A DNA stretch of 64,000 nt. Origin: Paecilomyces variotii (taxonomy: Eukaryota). The notes beneath the pieces are model-generated. The model was not told the DNA's origin and did no database searches. It saw nothing but the letters and a program-made list of their open reading frames with translations. Both the position numbers and the translations under genes were made by a program. Of the stretch, positions 51,463 through 64,000 are shown piece by piece. The stretch lies in the NCBI GenBank assembly GCA_004022145.1, contig RCNU01000006.1, one strand, 5' to 3'. Position 1 is the first letter of the stretch. Every line of letters begins with the position of its first letter.

Positions 51463-54400
51463 TTCGCCCCCCCTCCTAAGGGACTTAAGTCCGCGCAGGG
51501 TCTTAGAAGTCAAAATAAAAACTATAGTATACCACTGCAAACTGTTATACGCCTCAGAATGCTATACTGCGCCATAGGTTCCTATAGTCTACTATAATAA
51601 TTAAAAATTCCAAATTAAAGCAGTATATAAGAGAAATATTATTAAATACAGTTACAGGGAAGAGAGATATTAATAAATACAGTCGCAGGAATATAATAAG
51701 GGGATATTAAAAAATAAGCAGAACCGTCCTAAGTAATACTATTTAAAACAAATTATAGGAGAAATACCCTATAATATTAAGCCGCTTCTTCCTCGCCCAA
51801 AATATCTAATTGCTTCAGTCTCCCTTTTTAGCCAAGTTCTTAAGTAGAGAGATCGCTTCAGAAATATCCAGCCCCTTTAATTTAACAACTTTTCTGCGGT
51901 TTTCATTCTATAAGATAATTATATTATACACAGCCTCCCTCTTAATAGATTTATTATCTATAAGATTAATTACTGGTGCTGCAACATCTACTTCAGTTTT
52001 TATTATCTATTTAGAATTAATATTTGTGTCTGCTATCTCTTATTCTAATATTAAATTAATAATTAGGAGTATTCAGTAGATGAGTTATTCCAACTTTATC
52101 TCTATATTATTAACTCTATTATTATCTTCTATAATTGCTGGCAAACTATTGTTTAATATGTCTAACAGACTATTATCTCAGCTCTATATATCATCTTAGG
52201 TATTATCCCGGATATAGGTGTTAAGGACTTACTAGTTCTAGTTATTCCTATTATCACCTAGTTCTATAGTAATTCTTTAGTCTCTATTATTGCCTTATTC
52301 TAACACAAGTCTTTAGTCTCTATTATCAGTACTGTTATCTCTTTAATCTATGGCGTTTTTTTTATCGAGTATAATTAGGTTACCAGTGCGATTTATAACA
52401 TCGCGGGCCGGAGGTAACTATTAAAAGTTAAAAAGGTTATCTAATCTCCTGGATATTGCCTTAGCAAAAGCTAATATATTTAGTGCTTTAATATCCGGTA
52501 TGACAAAGTTTAGTTTATCTTCCTCCCCATTCGTGCCCCCTATAGCTATATATAGTCTTATTCTAATAGTATAAGTCTACATTTCCAGATTATATGCGGT
52601 TACTTATTAAAGCTCTTTATTATTATTCGCCAACGCTAGTTCTACTATAATATCTATTATATTTAATTCCTCTACCACATTAGCTAATGGCACTATTTGC
52701 CCTTATCTATCTATAAACTAGTGCATATACAGCTTTAGGGCGCCTCTCGTAACATAGAGATATATATTACTGCCTGCCTTCTAGTAGGCTGGTATCTTAA
52801 ATTTTAATAAAATAATAATCCCTCTCTAAATAGCAGTATCCTTTCTCTTATACTAATTCTTTAGTTTCTCCAGGCTTACCAGATAGTCCTTAAGAATATG
52901 GCTAACTTAAACCCTATATCGGGACTTAAGTTTTTTTAAAGATATCAGTCTAGTCGGATATACCTGCAGGGTCTACCTACTATTCCTAATTATATCTATG
53001 CCTTTCTAGATCATCGTGCGGTTAATCTATTATAGCCCTTATTGGCCATTTACATAGATATAACACGCAGTAAATAAAGCAAATATTCTTAATAGATTAT
53101 TGGGAATTGCGGTATTGTCTAATTCTCTAACTACTTGCCTTACTTCCTTCTTTATCTTATCTGAAAATTCCTCCATCAGGTCAAAAAATAGCCTTTTATT
53201 AATCGGCAAGTTATCGTCTTCTAACTTCTATACACTTTCTGCATCTATATCTATGCTGATATTATTTTTAGTAAAGATTTAATTCAGTAAAGTCTGGTTA
53301 ATAAGATATAGGCACTGGTTAATGAGATATCGGCATTAGAGAGATATAAGCGTTAGGGAGATAAAGATATTAATAATATTTACTTATCCAGTTAAATCTT
53401 ATATTCGGTCTCTTAATAAGGCTTTTATTAAATAGGCATATGCACGCTAGCTCTAAATAGCTATCTTATAGCTTAGCTCTTGGGTTAGTACTTATACTTT
53501 ACTTCTTTTCAGGATCTAAATAGCCAACTCAGCTTATCTATAGTAGTAGAATGAAACAGCCTATTTAGCTTATCTATAACTTAATTATATCTTAACTAAT
53601 AATATATTGCTTTAAACAGCAGATTATACTGCTTAGCTCAGTAAGATATAGTCTATATATATAAAAGCTCTAAATAGCAGATTTCTCCGCTCAGCTCTAG
53701 CCCTAAATAATAATTCTATTACTTAGCCTTCTACTTTAACTATTAGGCATTAGACTTAGCGCGAAGGGGTATTTAGAATAAAAACATCGCACTACTTCTA
53801 GCACATAGGCTATCTTTCCCGCCAATACCCAATACTATCTTACTACCTTAAGTACATTCTTAATATATCTGGCTGGCTCCTATATATTCTTATAGTATCT
53901 ATAACTACGCCACTTCATAAGGTATTTCAATATTCTATCGCGGCTCTTAGCGTCGAATATTTCATCAACTTCCTACTCCTCATATTGCCCTATATTATCT
54001 AAGACTTAAACTAATAGTTCCGGCTCTAGTTCTATATATAATTTGTTCTGTTTCCATAGGGATAGTAAGGATATATAAAAAACCAGATATATCTAGTACA
54101 AAGGAGGCAATTTCAGGCGGTAAGCTTAGGGGCCGACTTTAGCTAAGACTTTAAACAGACCTTAATGCTTACTATCTAGTTTCTTGCTAGGTCTATCTAT
54201 ACATAGGTGTCTAGTATTGAGAAGGACTTTATCACTAATTATAAACTCTATCGGCTTACCCGAAGACTTCTTAAGTACTTAGTCCTAGAGTAATAAGAGG
54301 TATTTAACTAGTTCTCTATGCAGTTTCTGAAGGTCTTGTATAAATTATATTACATCAGTATTGCCATTGACAAGAATCTTAGTTAAGCCTAATAGTTTTA

Positions 54401-57400
54401 GGTATCTACCATAGCAGGCAAAGAATAGGGACACCCCTATTACCGCCTAATAAGAGTTATTATAGGCATATTCTACAATTGCCAGTAAACAGGCCCAGTT
54501 ATTCTATTACCAATTCATGAATATCCTCAGATATTATTCTAATATCTGATTTAATTATTCTATCACACTATTAGTTTAAGGGTAGAATGCTGTTAATAAT
54601 TAGTGGTTTATATTAAGGACCTCAGCCAATATTGTCTAGAAGCTTAATATAAATAGAGACCCCCTATTTAAGACAATAGATTTCTATATACTATATAGAC
54701 AGAATATATTCTCAATATAAAGTTAGGCGAAGGTTCTTATATTAGTTTCTGCAGCATATGCTATAAAATAGCCTATTCTGCTGAACTAATTAACAAATAC
54801 TAGAATTATTAAATAGCTTAATCTTAAGCTATTTATATTTTTAGGGAGTCCTAAAATAAAGTCTACTATAATATAGTCTTATAGTCTATTGGGCACTAAT
54901 AGTGCTATTGGGATACTATAATATATCTATACTGTCTTTACTCTTTAGCATACTAGATAACCCCAGATATAGTCCGCTACTATAAATGCCAGTCTAGGCT
55001 AAAATGCCTATCTTCTAATTCTTTTAATTATAGAGTCCTTGCCTTAATAGCTCCTTGCTCTTAAGTTATAGAATTCATAAAGGATAATTAGCTATAATTC
55101 TTCTATAAGAATATATACCTTAGTGTGGTTATAATAGAAAATACTATTTTTCTTATCCTAATAAACTTCCGGCCAGGCCTATACTACTATCTTAGTCTCC
55201 TTATTATAACTGTGCTTAATCCTATTCTATAGAGAGATATCTTATCCTTAATCTTAATCTGTCAACATATCTTATAATAGCATCCTAGAATACTAGCATC
55301 TCTCTATACACTATATTATGCCAACCTGAAGGAGTTATGCTAATATATTCTCTGGCCTCTATTATGATTTATAATTATTATAATATAATGGGCCGTCGGC
55401 AGGGTTGCGCTTCCCAGGCCTATACTTAATGCAGAAATAAAACTGCGAGAGATATTCTGCCTATCTAGCTTATTTCTGGGATAAGATCCGCATTATTAAG
55501 AAATGTTTCAAATTATTATAGTCTGTAATTACTTCAACTAGTTCGGCCATTCCAATTAAGAAATATCTCCAGACTTTAAAGGCATTGATAATAACAAATA
55601 ATTCCTACTTATATGTTAGCCAGTATAACTCCGCATCTGTAAATTTCGCATTATAAAATACAATAGGGTATTATACTCTATCCTTAAAGACCTGGCTCAG
55701 TATTACTAACCTAGCAAACCCGCTTGCATCTGTCTCTAATATATGCTGTCTATTCAGGTCAAAATGCTTTAATAGTAGCGCCTCTATGAAGCATTTCTTA
55801 AGTATCTAGAAACTTATCTAGGCTTCTTCTCCCCATATAAATAATATATTGCGTTTTATAAGTTAAGTTAGTAGAAGGGTAATACAATTATAATATCTAA
55901 TAAACCAACAATAGAAATTACAAAAACTAAAGAATCGGACTAAGTTTATTATCAATATTAATATCGGCCAGGCGGTAATAGTCTCTGTTTACTGTTTATT
56001 CATTACCACCTCTTAAGGCATAATCACAAACCCTAAGAATACAACTCTATTTACAAAAAATAGACATTTCTCTAATTTGCAGAACAGGTTATTATCTAAC
56101 AAGCTCTAAAGAACTGCTCTTACATACTGGGTATAAAGCTTTATATTGCTGCTAAAGATAAGTATATCATCCAGATATACTACATAGTATTTATCGATAT
56201 ATTGTCTAAATACTAAGTCTATAAACGCTTAAAATATTGCCGGGGCATTGTAGAGACTAAATAGTATTACTCGCTATTTAAATAGGCTATATCTCATATA
56301 AAAGGCTGTTTTTTACTTATATCTCTCCGCTATATAGATTAGATAATATGCTAAGCAGAAGTCTAAACAGGTAAAGATTACTACATTTCATAGTCTTAAG
56401 AATAAGTTATCTATTATTGGAACTAGGTATCTATTCTTAAGTATTCTCTTATTAACCGCTCTAAAATCTGCATAAAATTATAGAACTCCAGACGCTTTGG
56501 GTATAAATAATAGTGGTAAGGCGCATAGTATATTAAAGGGTTAAATATATCCACATTTTAACCCCTTGTCTAGGAACTTATTAAGTAGTTCTAACTCTTG
56601 CTCTAATAAATAATAGTATAGTCTATATAATAATACCGCCCCTTTAATAAGGTTAATCTTATGGTTAATACCCAGTCTCTATAGAGGCAGGCACTTAGCC
56701 TTCTCTTTATTAAACACTCGGGCGAGATCTGCATATTGCTGTGGTATTTTAATAATAATTAAGTCTTCTTTATCCTTTAAGTTTATTGCCGCTATTAATA
56801 AGCCCAAATAGGGTATAGATGCAAAACCTTCTTTAATATTATCTTCTGCATTCTCCTCTATTTCTATTATACATCTTACTTCCAGGAGCTTTTACCGCTT
56901 AGCCAGTCGCTCCAAGACAATTTCTCTATCTTAGTTAATTAATAGATTCTCCGCTATCAACTACAGTAGGCCGAGAATTATATTAAATATTATTAGTAAT
57001 GCTCTAAATACATAGAGTTTTATTTCTTCCCCTAATACTATACAATATAGTTCAAAATAATACTTTATTGGTTTAGCCAGTTCTATATTATTAATATCCT
57101 ATATCCCTAATAGTAAGACTGGTCCCAACATCGGGCGGATCCCCTTAATCTATCCTATTACTGCTATATTAATATAGTTTGCATCTACACTACTATTAAT
57201 TAATACTGTTAATAATATAATACTCTCTATGGCTAGAGGTACCGCAACTAAAACAAATACTTTAATCCTCCTAGATGCAAGTACATGAGATAATAATGCC
57301 TAAATTTGTATAATACTTGCATCGCTTATTAATACCATAATAGTATTTTATTCAGGCCCATTTTAAGGGGAGTGGGCCCTTAAAGTTAGTTCCCCTTCTA

Positions 57401-58395
57401 GTTTTTTATACCTACAGCTTCCGCTGATTAAAAAGCCTTTAAGTATTACTTCTCCTAATAGCCTTTCTTGCTATATCTTAAACAGAGTCCCTCATTACAT
57501 TATCTCTTCTATTCCTTATCGGGTAAGTTATATCTCTTATTACCGCGAGAGGTCTAGAATAGTCTCCTATAATCTTATCCTCGCCCCCTACTATCTATTG
57601 CCGTTTCCCTATTTAATAACCAGCTTTATATATTAAAAAATCTGCCTGAACTAAAATAACTACAATAGCCTTAAGGCGACTGTTCTATGCGGTGTCTTCC
57701 TTCTTATATATAAAGCTTAGCCTGCTGGGCCGCTTATTTCTATTCTATATATAAGGCCGGAGGATAAATAAAGTACCCTTAATACACCTTATAGATAATG
57801 CGCGGCGTTAGCTTATAACTAAATGCATCGCTTAATATTATATTATTCCAATCTAGGTCTGCTATAATAGTTTTAAATTCATTAATGAAATCTTAAAGCG
57901 GTTAATTAAAATATTATCAAAGGTCGAATATTTTCTATACGGTAGTAACCTCAATATTTGCCGGTCTATAATAGTCTAGTAGCCAATAATATAACAGTGC
58001 ATAATTCCGGAATATTAGATCTTCTGGGTCGTTAATCTTTAAAGTCATCAGACATCTCTTTATCCTGCCCTTTATATACAAGTAAAGATAAGATACCTAC
58101 TCCCTAATATTGTGCAGTGCTTTATTATCTAGCCACTTATTAAATTCTATAATCCAATACCTTAGCTCTTCTGCTAACCTATTGAATGCCTCTAGGCGTT
58201 AGAGTTTAGGCTTCCTGCTAACTAACATTATAGAAACTCTTAAATTCTGACCGCTGCTATTATTAGATTATACTACACTCTATGCCTATTCTTACTAGAT
58301 TAAAGTCTCTAACTATTATTAGAATTATTAGATTTATATTTGCAGCACCGCTGCTTATCTAAACTATTATTATTAGGTCTGCAATAGCTACTAGG

Positions 58396-58515
58396 TATAT
58401 AGCTATTAAATATATAGCTGCTAAATATATAGCTGCTAAATATATAGCTGTTAAATATATAGCTGCTGGATATATAGCTGCTAAATATATAGCTGTTAGA
58501 TATATAGCTACTAAA
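58396..58515. repeat. 15-bp tandem repeat x8 inside the gypsy gag region
   Basis: Units of TATATAGCTGCTAAA consensus start at 58396, 58411, 58426, 58441, 58456, 58471, 58486 and 58501. Confidence 0.9.
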
Positions 58516-59109
58516 TGTATAATAGGGCGCCATTATTTCCCCCTTAAGCTAATTCCCGTTAAACTTCCTGCAAATATCCAAATAGCTTTATCGCTCTAGC
58601 TATTACATTATCCGCCAATGCCCCCATGCGGGCCTATTCTTACATTCCTACTGTTATTGTAGACATTCTATATTATCGCTGTCTATTATTACTATTTTAT
58701 AGGGGGTTTTACTAGTCCCCGTTTAGTCCTTAGTAACTTAGAGATATTATAGGATTTCTAGTATTGAGGCCGGTCCCCCTATTATCTATAAATTAAAGGT
58801 TAGCTATTCTGCCTGATCTTATAGTTATATATAAATTATCACGGCAAGGTCTCGTCATCTATAACTATAGCTATTTATGGACTATCTTAATTTACTATAG
58901 TCCTCTTATAAAAACTGCAGTCTTATCTTCTGCAACTTGCGGTTATCTTAAAATATAGTCCTCTACTATCTACCTCAATAAGCTGCGGTTTACTGTAGTT
59001 TACTAGAGTTCTAAACAGTTTGTAATATAAGACTAAAGGTTTACTTAATAGTCTAGACCCTTAAAGATTAGGTTTAATAAAGAAAATTAATAAAAGAATA
59101 AGAATATAA

Positions 59110-59245
59110 TAATATTAGGATCGAAGGTATTCTCATTAAGGATCAGAAAAGATCCTAGGATCTAAAAAGCCTAAGTATACTGGGTGGGTTATGTGACCGG
59201 CAGGTTATGTGACCCCGTGAGATCTGGGGGTTATCATCTATAATA
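59110..59245 (-). repeat. Gypsy 5' LTR
   Basis: Direct repeat of 51327-51462 with 13 transition differences. Confidence 0.95.
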
Positions 59246-62200
59246 AGAATATTAGGCAGTATTATATATAAACCTAGAATCTTTACTATAAGATATATAG
59301 AGAGATAAATTAATAAATTAAGGTAAAATCTATATTTTTATAAGATATATTAAGAGAATAAATAAATAATAAAAAGTTTAAGCTCTAGATATAAAAAAGA
59401 TTATTAAGACTTATTAAGCTAAATTCTTTAAAAATAAATTAAAAAAAAATTTAAATCTTAAAATTTTTTAAAAATTATTATTAAATATAATATTAATAAA
59501 AAATTTAAGAGATTAATTAATAATCTAGCCTATTATCTTAAGTATATATATACTCTTAAATAAAAAGAAGAATAATATTAAAAATTAAGAGAAAAGCTAT
59601 AAGAAAGTTTTATTTTTTCTTTAAAAGAAAAAAGAAGTATTTTATTAAAAAGAAATTAAAATATTTCCTTAAAAAAAAGAAGCTTTTTATTATAATAAAA
59701 TTATAAAATAAAAAAAGATATTTAATTATCTTTACTCTAATAATTTAAATAATTATAAGAATTTATAAATAAATCTCTTATTTCTACTAAGTAAATAAGT
59801 TATATCTTATATAAAGATTCTTTATATAGTAAAGTATTATTATAGGAAGATATATTAAGACTTAGCATAGAGTCTTTAAGCGAGTAGGTATTAAGAAAGA
59901 AGAGAAGAGTATTTAACTTTAAAGCTTAGAGTAAAGTTAGAGAAGAAGCTCTAGCTATAAATTAATATAATAAACTAATAATAATCTAATACTAAACTAA
60001 TACTAAATAATAATAGAAAGGTAAAGCTAATTATTTTATTTTAAATAATTAAAAGATATCTCTCTCTTATTCTCTATTGCTTTATTTATAGACTTTTTAA
60101 AGACTTTAAGCAGAAGTATATAATCTCTTAACTAATTATATTCTTTATATTAATTCTTCTTATTATATAGCTTCCTTCTCTTTAAAAGCAGATATTTTTA
60201 TTTACTTTTTTTAATTATTATAATCTATACTATCTTTTTTTTTTAATATTATAAATTATTCTTAAAGCAGGAATGTTTTAATTTTTAGTATTATATATAC
60301 TTTAAAACCCCTAATTTATAAAGCTAAGTTTCTTTCTTCTATAGATAATCTTAGACTAATAATATATCTTATTTTAGTATAAAGTATAGCTTTACTTTAA
60401 TTTTTAAGTAATCTTAGTTTAATTAACTAAATATTATTCTGTTTATAATTATAACTCTATTTACCTAGATATTAAAAGGCCTAGATCCTTTTTAATTAAA
60501 TCTTATCTTATTTTATTCTCTATAATTAAAATAGCAGATATTATTAAGATTTATTCTTTAATTTTTTAATATTAGCTGATATAAATTGCTAATAAAGGTT
60601 ATTTCTCTCTGTTTAAATATAATATCTCTTAAGCCTATAGTTTTCTTAGACTTATCTCTAATAATTAGTCTAGTCCTTAGAGTTATAAAGCCCTAGCCTA
60701 TTCTTCCCTTAGAGATCTTAGTCTCTATATTTAATATTTTAGGCTTATATTTCTTAAGATATTAAACCTATAATCTATGCTTACTATAATTATATAGTGC
60801 TAATTAAATTAAATAGACCTAGATATTTTATATAATAACCTTCTAGAGAATACTATATAATAAATTTTTAAGCCCTATTAATTCTTTATTCTCCTTTTTA
60901 TAATAAAAAGCTACTTTTATTTTTATAATAGTATATTATAATATCTCTTTTATTAGTTTCTCTTTAAAGGGTATAATCTAAAAAACCTTATTTACTTCTT
61001 AATAATTAAAATCTTCCCTTATTATAATATCTAATTAGATATATTAATCCTATATCTTATTTAAGATAAAGTTTTCTTTGCTTAAATTAAAATATTTTCT
61101 GTCTCTATATTTAGATTTAAAATATTTTTTAGCCTTATATAGGTTATTTTAAGCTTTATAATATAAGCTACTAGATATATTACTAGAAGTATTTATATTA
61201 ATTAACCTAAAATCTCTAAATAGTTAAACTATCCCTAATACTAAAGATTTCTTAGGGAGAAGGTCTTTAAATAAGGTTTTTTTAACTTCTATATTATTTC
61301 TGTTTTTTATATTTTTAAGACTTTTTAAAATAAGACTCTTTATTCTTCCTTTAACCTAGCTATTATTAAATATATCTAATATTTATTTAGCCTCTAAATT
61401 ATCTTTAAATTATATAGTTTTAATATTCTATATATCTTTTAAATATCTAATTTCTTTTTTAATAAAGAGATCTTTTAAGTTTATTGCAGAAAAGAAGAGT
61501 TTTATATTAATTTTTAAGATTCTATTAAAAGGTTCTATTATCTATTTATTTCTAAAAGTTTTATTTATAGATTATTTAATTTCTTTAATTAAACTTTTAT
61601 AAAGATAAATTATTACTTTAAATAATCTCTTTTTCTATTATTTTATTATTATTAGCTTTATATTTCTAACTATTTTTAATATTCTTCTAGCTTCTTTTAT
61701 AGATATATTCTCCCTTATATTAATTATATTAGCTAATAATTATATATATAACTTATAAATTAAATTAATCTTTTTAGAATTAATTTATTATAAGACTTTT
61801 TTAACCTCTTTAATACTTATATTTAGTCTATTTAGCTAGGATTATATTTTAATTTCTCTCTTATCTAGGTAGTAATAATCCTTAAGGTTAGTATTAAGTC
61901 TTTATTTTTCTTAAAATTATTTCTAGTAATCTATATTAATATTCTAATATTTAAGATTATTATTATTATCTATAAGTATTTTTAATCTTTTTCTAAAGAT
62001 ATTATCTTTTATACTTTTTAGTTTTATTATATTTTATATTTTTTCTATATAAACTTAATATATAGTAGTAGGTTTAATCCTTTTTTTCCTTAAAAGTTTT
62101 AATATTTCTTTATCTTTTAAATTAATAATAGCCTTTTTTATTAATATAAATATACTAATTTTATATTTATATCCTTTTTCTAGCTATTTCCCTTTATCTT

Positions 62201-62663
62201 AAGCCTTAAGTTTTTTTTCCCTTTTTAGTTTTTTAGGATTTTTAATCCTCTTTTTTTTTCTCCTCTTTCTCTATATTTTCCTCTTTTTTATTTAATATTA
62301 GATCTATTAATAAGCTCTTACCTAAATCTTTTATTTAGTATTTTTTTTTTCTCTATAATCTCTTTTAAAAGATTATTCTCTTTTATTTTTATTTTAATTT
62401 TTTACAGTTTTTTATTAATAGGCTTTTAAAAAATTAGTCCTTCTTTATTAAGGGCTTTTTTTAAGATATCTCTTACTTTTTTAATATTAATTAATTAAAG
62501 GCTCTTTTTAGTTAATATTCTTTATCTCCTAATATTATAAAATCTATTAATTTATACTCTTACTAGATATATAGCTACTATTTTCTAATCTCTAATATTA
62601 AAAGCTAATTCTCTTATAGCTATTAAGATCTAATATAATTATCTAATAATTAATAAGACTTAG

Positions 62664-64000
62664 AGTTAAAAAGAATAAGTTCAGATAAAATTCCTAGATT
62701 ATCTAATTATCTTAGAGGGCTAATAATACTCTAGGAGAAAGAGTATTAATATATATAATAGATATAAAATATATATCTACATTTTTTTAGTTAGGGTAAT
62801 AGACTTTTATATAGAGCTTAAGAAGTAGTTTCTCTAAGCTACCTAATTTTATTAAAGTAAAATTATTACTAAAGACTTCTTTAAAATAAAATCTTTATTA
62901 TATTAAGAACTACTAGTTCTAACTATTATTTTATAATACTTCTTCTTAGTCTAGACTTACTAAGTTAGCTAATTTTAATTAACTTAAAAATCTTAGAAAG
63001 TCTGCCTTTAGCAGTAGTTTAATAAAACTATCTGCTATTATATCCTATATTCTAATAAACTCTATATTAATCTTATTCCTTTAGTATAGGTTATATATAT
63101 AATAATATGCGATATTAATATATTTTAACCTTTTATAAATATAGGTATCTCTAATTAATAATAGTAATATTTAGTTATTCTTATAGACCTTAATTAAAGA
63201 ATTAATAATAAAAACTTACTTTTCTCTTACTATTAGCTTAAATTCGTTTAGATTAATATAGTGCCTATATTCTAAATCTCTTAAAAAAAGGGCTAACTAC
63301 TAGAACTGCTTTATAGCTTAATATATAGCTATATATTTAGCCTCTATAGTTAAAGTTATAATAGATTTTTACTTCTTATTTAATTAGCTTATTAAATTAT
63401 TAGCTAGAGTAAAAATATTCCCTAAGATTAATATCTAATTAGTCTTATCTATTATATAATTTAAGTTTAAATACCTAATAAGTCGCTAGTCTTAATTTAT
63501 ATTAAACTTAAGACCTAAGTATATAGTTAATTATAAGTATCTTATAAGAGACTTTAATACTTTAAAATGCCTTTTAAATAGATCTAATAAATATTAATTT
63601 AATCTGCCTATTATAAATATAATATCTAGTCTTATTAAGATTATTAAGTAGATTAAGCTATTAATAATTCTCTAATACTTTCTTTAGTTTATTTTTTTAT
63701 TCTAAAAGCTAAATAGTTTTAGGGAGTTATATTTATTTAATAGGATATTAACTAGATATACCTTTTCTTTACTTATTCTATATTATAATAAGAGTTCCTT
63801 AATATAATAAGATTAGTTTATTATTAATATTTAGTTCTACCTATTTTAAATAACTTAAATACTAAAAATTTTCTTTATTTCTTTTAGGTTCTTTATCTTA
63901 TATATTAATCTAAACTCTTATTTAAATTAGTAGATACTCTCTATTTACTTTATATTAATTAAGATATTATTAATATATATTAGGAGTAAAATCTCTTTCT
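62664..64000 (-). mobile_element. 3' end of a second copia-B-family element (RNase H, PPT, 3' LTR 62664-62938), opposite orientation, continues beyond the window
   Basis: 62664-62938 is the reverse complement of LTR 48654-48927, mostly with transition differences. Upstream on the minus strand are the RIP-reverted motifs RxKHIDIAYH (about 63100-63130) and ADGFTKPL (about 63007-63035), and a purine tract abuts the LTR. Confidence 0.85.

Larger units (their letters stand above)
51327..59245 (-). mobile_element. Full-length Ty3/gypsy chromovirus LTR retrotransposon (7.9 kb), RIP-inactivated
   Basis: 136-bp LTRs at 51327-51462 and 59110-59245; 5-bp TSD AGAAT at 51322-51326 and 59246-59250; polypurine tract on the minus strand at 51463-51480. 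RT VVYLDDILIFS (YLDD 56166-56177), RNase H ETDASGFA (about 55714-55737), RPGKRNPADGP (about 55390-55421), and chromodomain xEVDEIFDAK...KYLMKWR (about 53905-53980). Confidence 0.95.
48654..59800 (+). mobile_element. RIP-degenerate Ty1/copia element B (5' LTR 48654-48927, gag-protease-integrase), split by the gypsy insertion and 3'-truncated; right end approximate
   Basis: LTR followed by AATTATAAGCTT (RIPed GGTTATGAGCCC). RIP-reverted motifs: zinc knuckle CxxCxxGHxxxxC-like at 49771-49809, protease DSGASxHM at about 50140, integrase ELVHxDxCG at about 50810, QNGVAER at about 51101, and HLxVWG|C continuing after 59250 into DKLxxRGxxCxFMGY. Confidence 0.8.
47968..64000. repeat. AT-rich, RIP-mutated block of nested LTR retrotransposons
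   Basis: GC content collapses abruptly after about 48.1 kb. TpA is very abundant, CpA/TpG/CpG are depleted, and there are almost no ORFs. Retroelement motifs are recoverable by reverting C>T and G>A. Confidence 0.95.

Noticed and set aside
51810-53282. Plus-strand ORFs 51810-52079 and 53100-53282 in the ORF track
   Set aside because: Antisense artefacts of the RIP-mutated minus-strand ORF3 of the gypsy element.
58396-58515. CRISPR-like array
   Set aside because: Head-to-tail tandem repeat with no spacers, inside a fungal retrotransposon.
47963-62663. CTAAG before the LTR at 47968 and after the minus-strand LTR ending at 62664 as a shared TSD
   Set aside because: The two LTRs are unrelated in sequence, and CTAAG is common in RIPed DNA.

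Overview
Eukaryotic, intron-containing DNA from a filamentous ascomycete. The gene set and the CpA+CpG RIP pattern point to Eurotiales, possibly Paecilomyces/Byssochlamys-like; this is an inference. 1-13.6 kb is a conserved core block: NC2-alpha/NctA-like 5' end, HGGG-type alpha/beta hydrolase, RING + RS-rich protein, coronin, and kinesin-14 KlpA. 13.9-35.2 kb holds accessory genes: hydrolase, GFA protein, con-6 with a divergent acidic protein, hexose transporter, an intact dispersed 5S rRNA gene, a frameshifted ferric reductase, a signal-peptide SET protein, a GPI-anchored GH16 and a small secreted protein. 36.4-47.6 kb is a compact putative biosynthetic cluster: NRPS-like A-T-R carboxylic acid reductase, stand-alone 3-dehydroshikimate dehydratase, O-methyltransferase and MFS exporter. 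These are the same three enzyme activities used to engineer de novo vanillin synthesis in yeast, and this is the top candidate for an undescribed system. 48-64 kb is an AT-rich RIP-mutated block of nested LTR retrotransposons. It includes a full-length chromodomain Ty3/gypsy element (136-bp LTRs, AGAAT TSD, apparent extra third ORF) inserted into a Ty1/copia, plus further copia pieces. Exon boundaries and RIP back-translations were read by eye.
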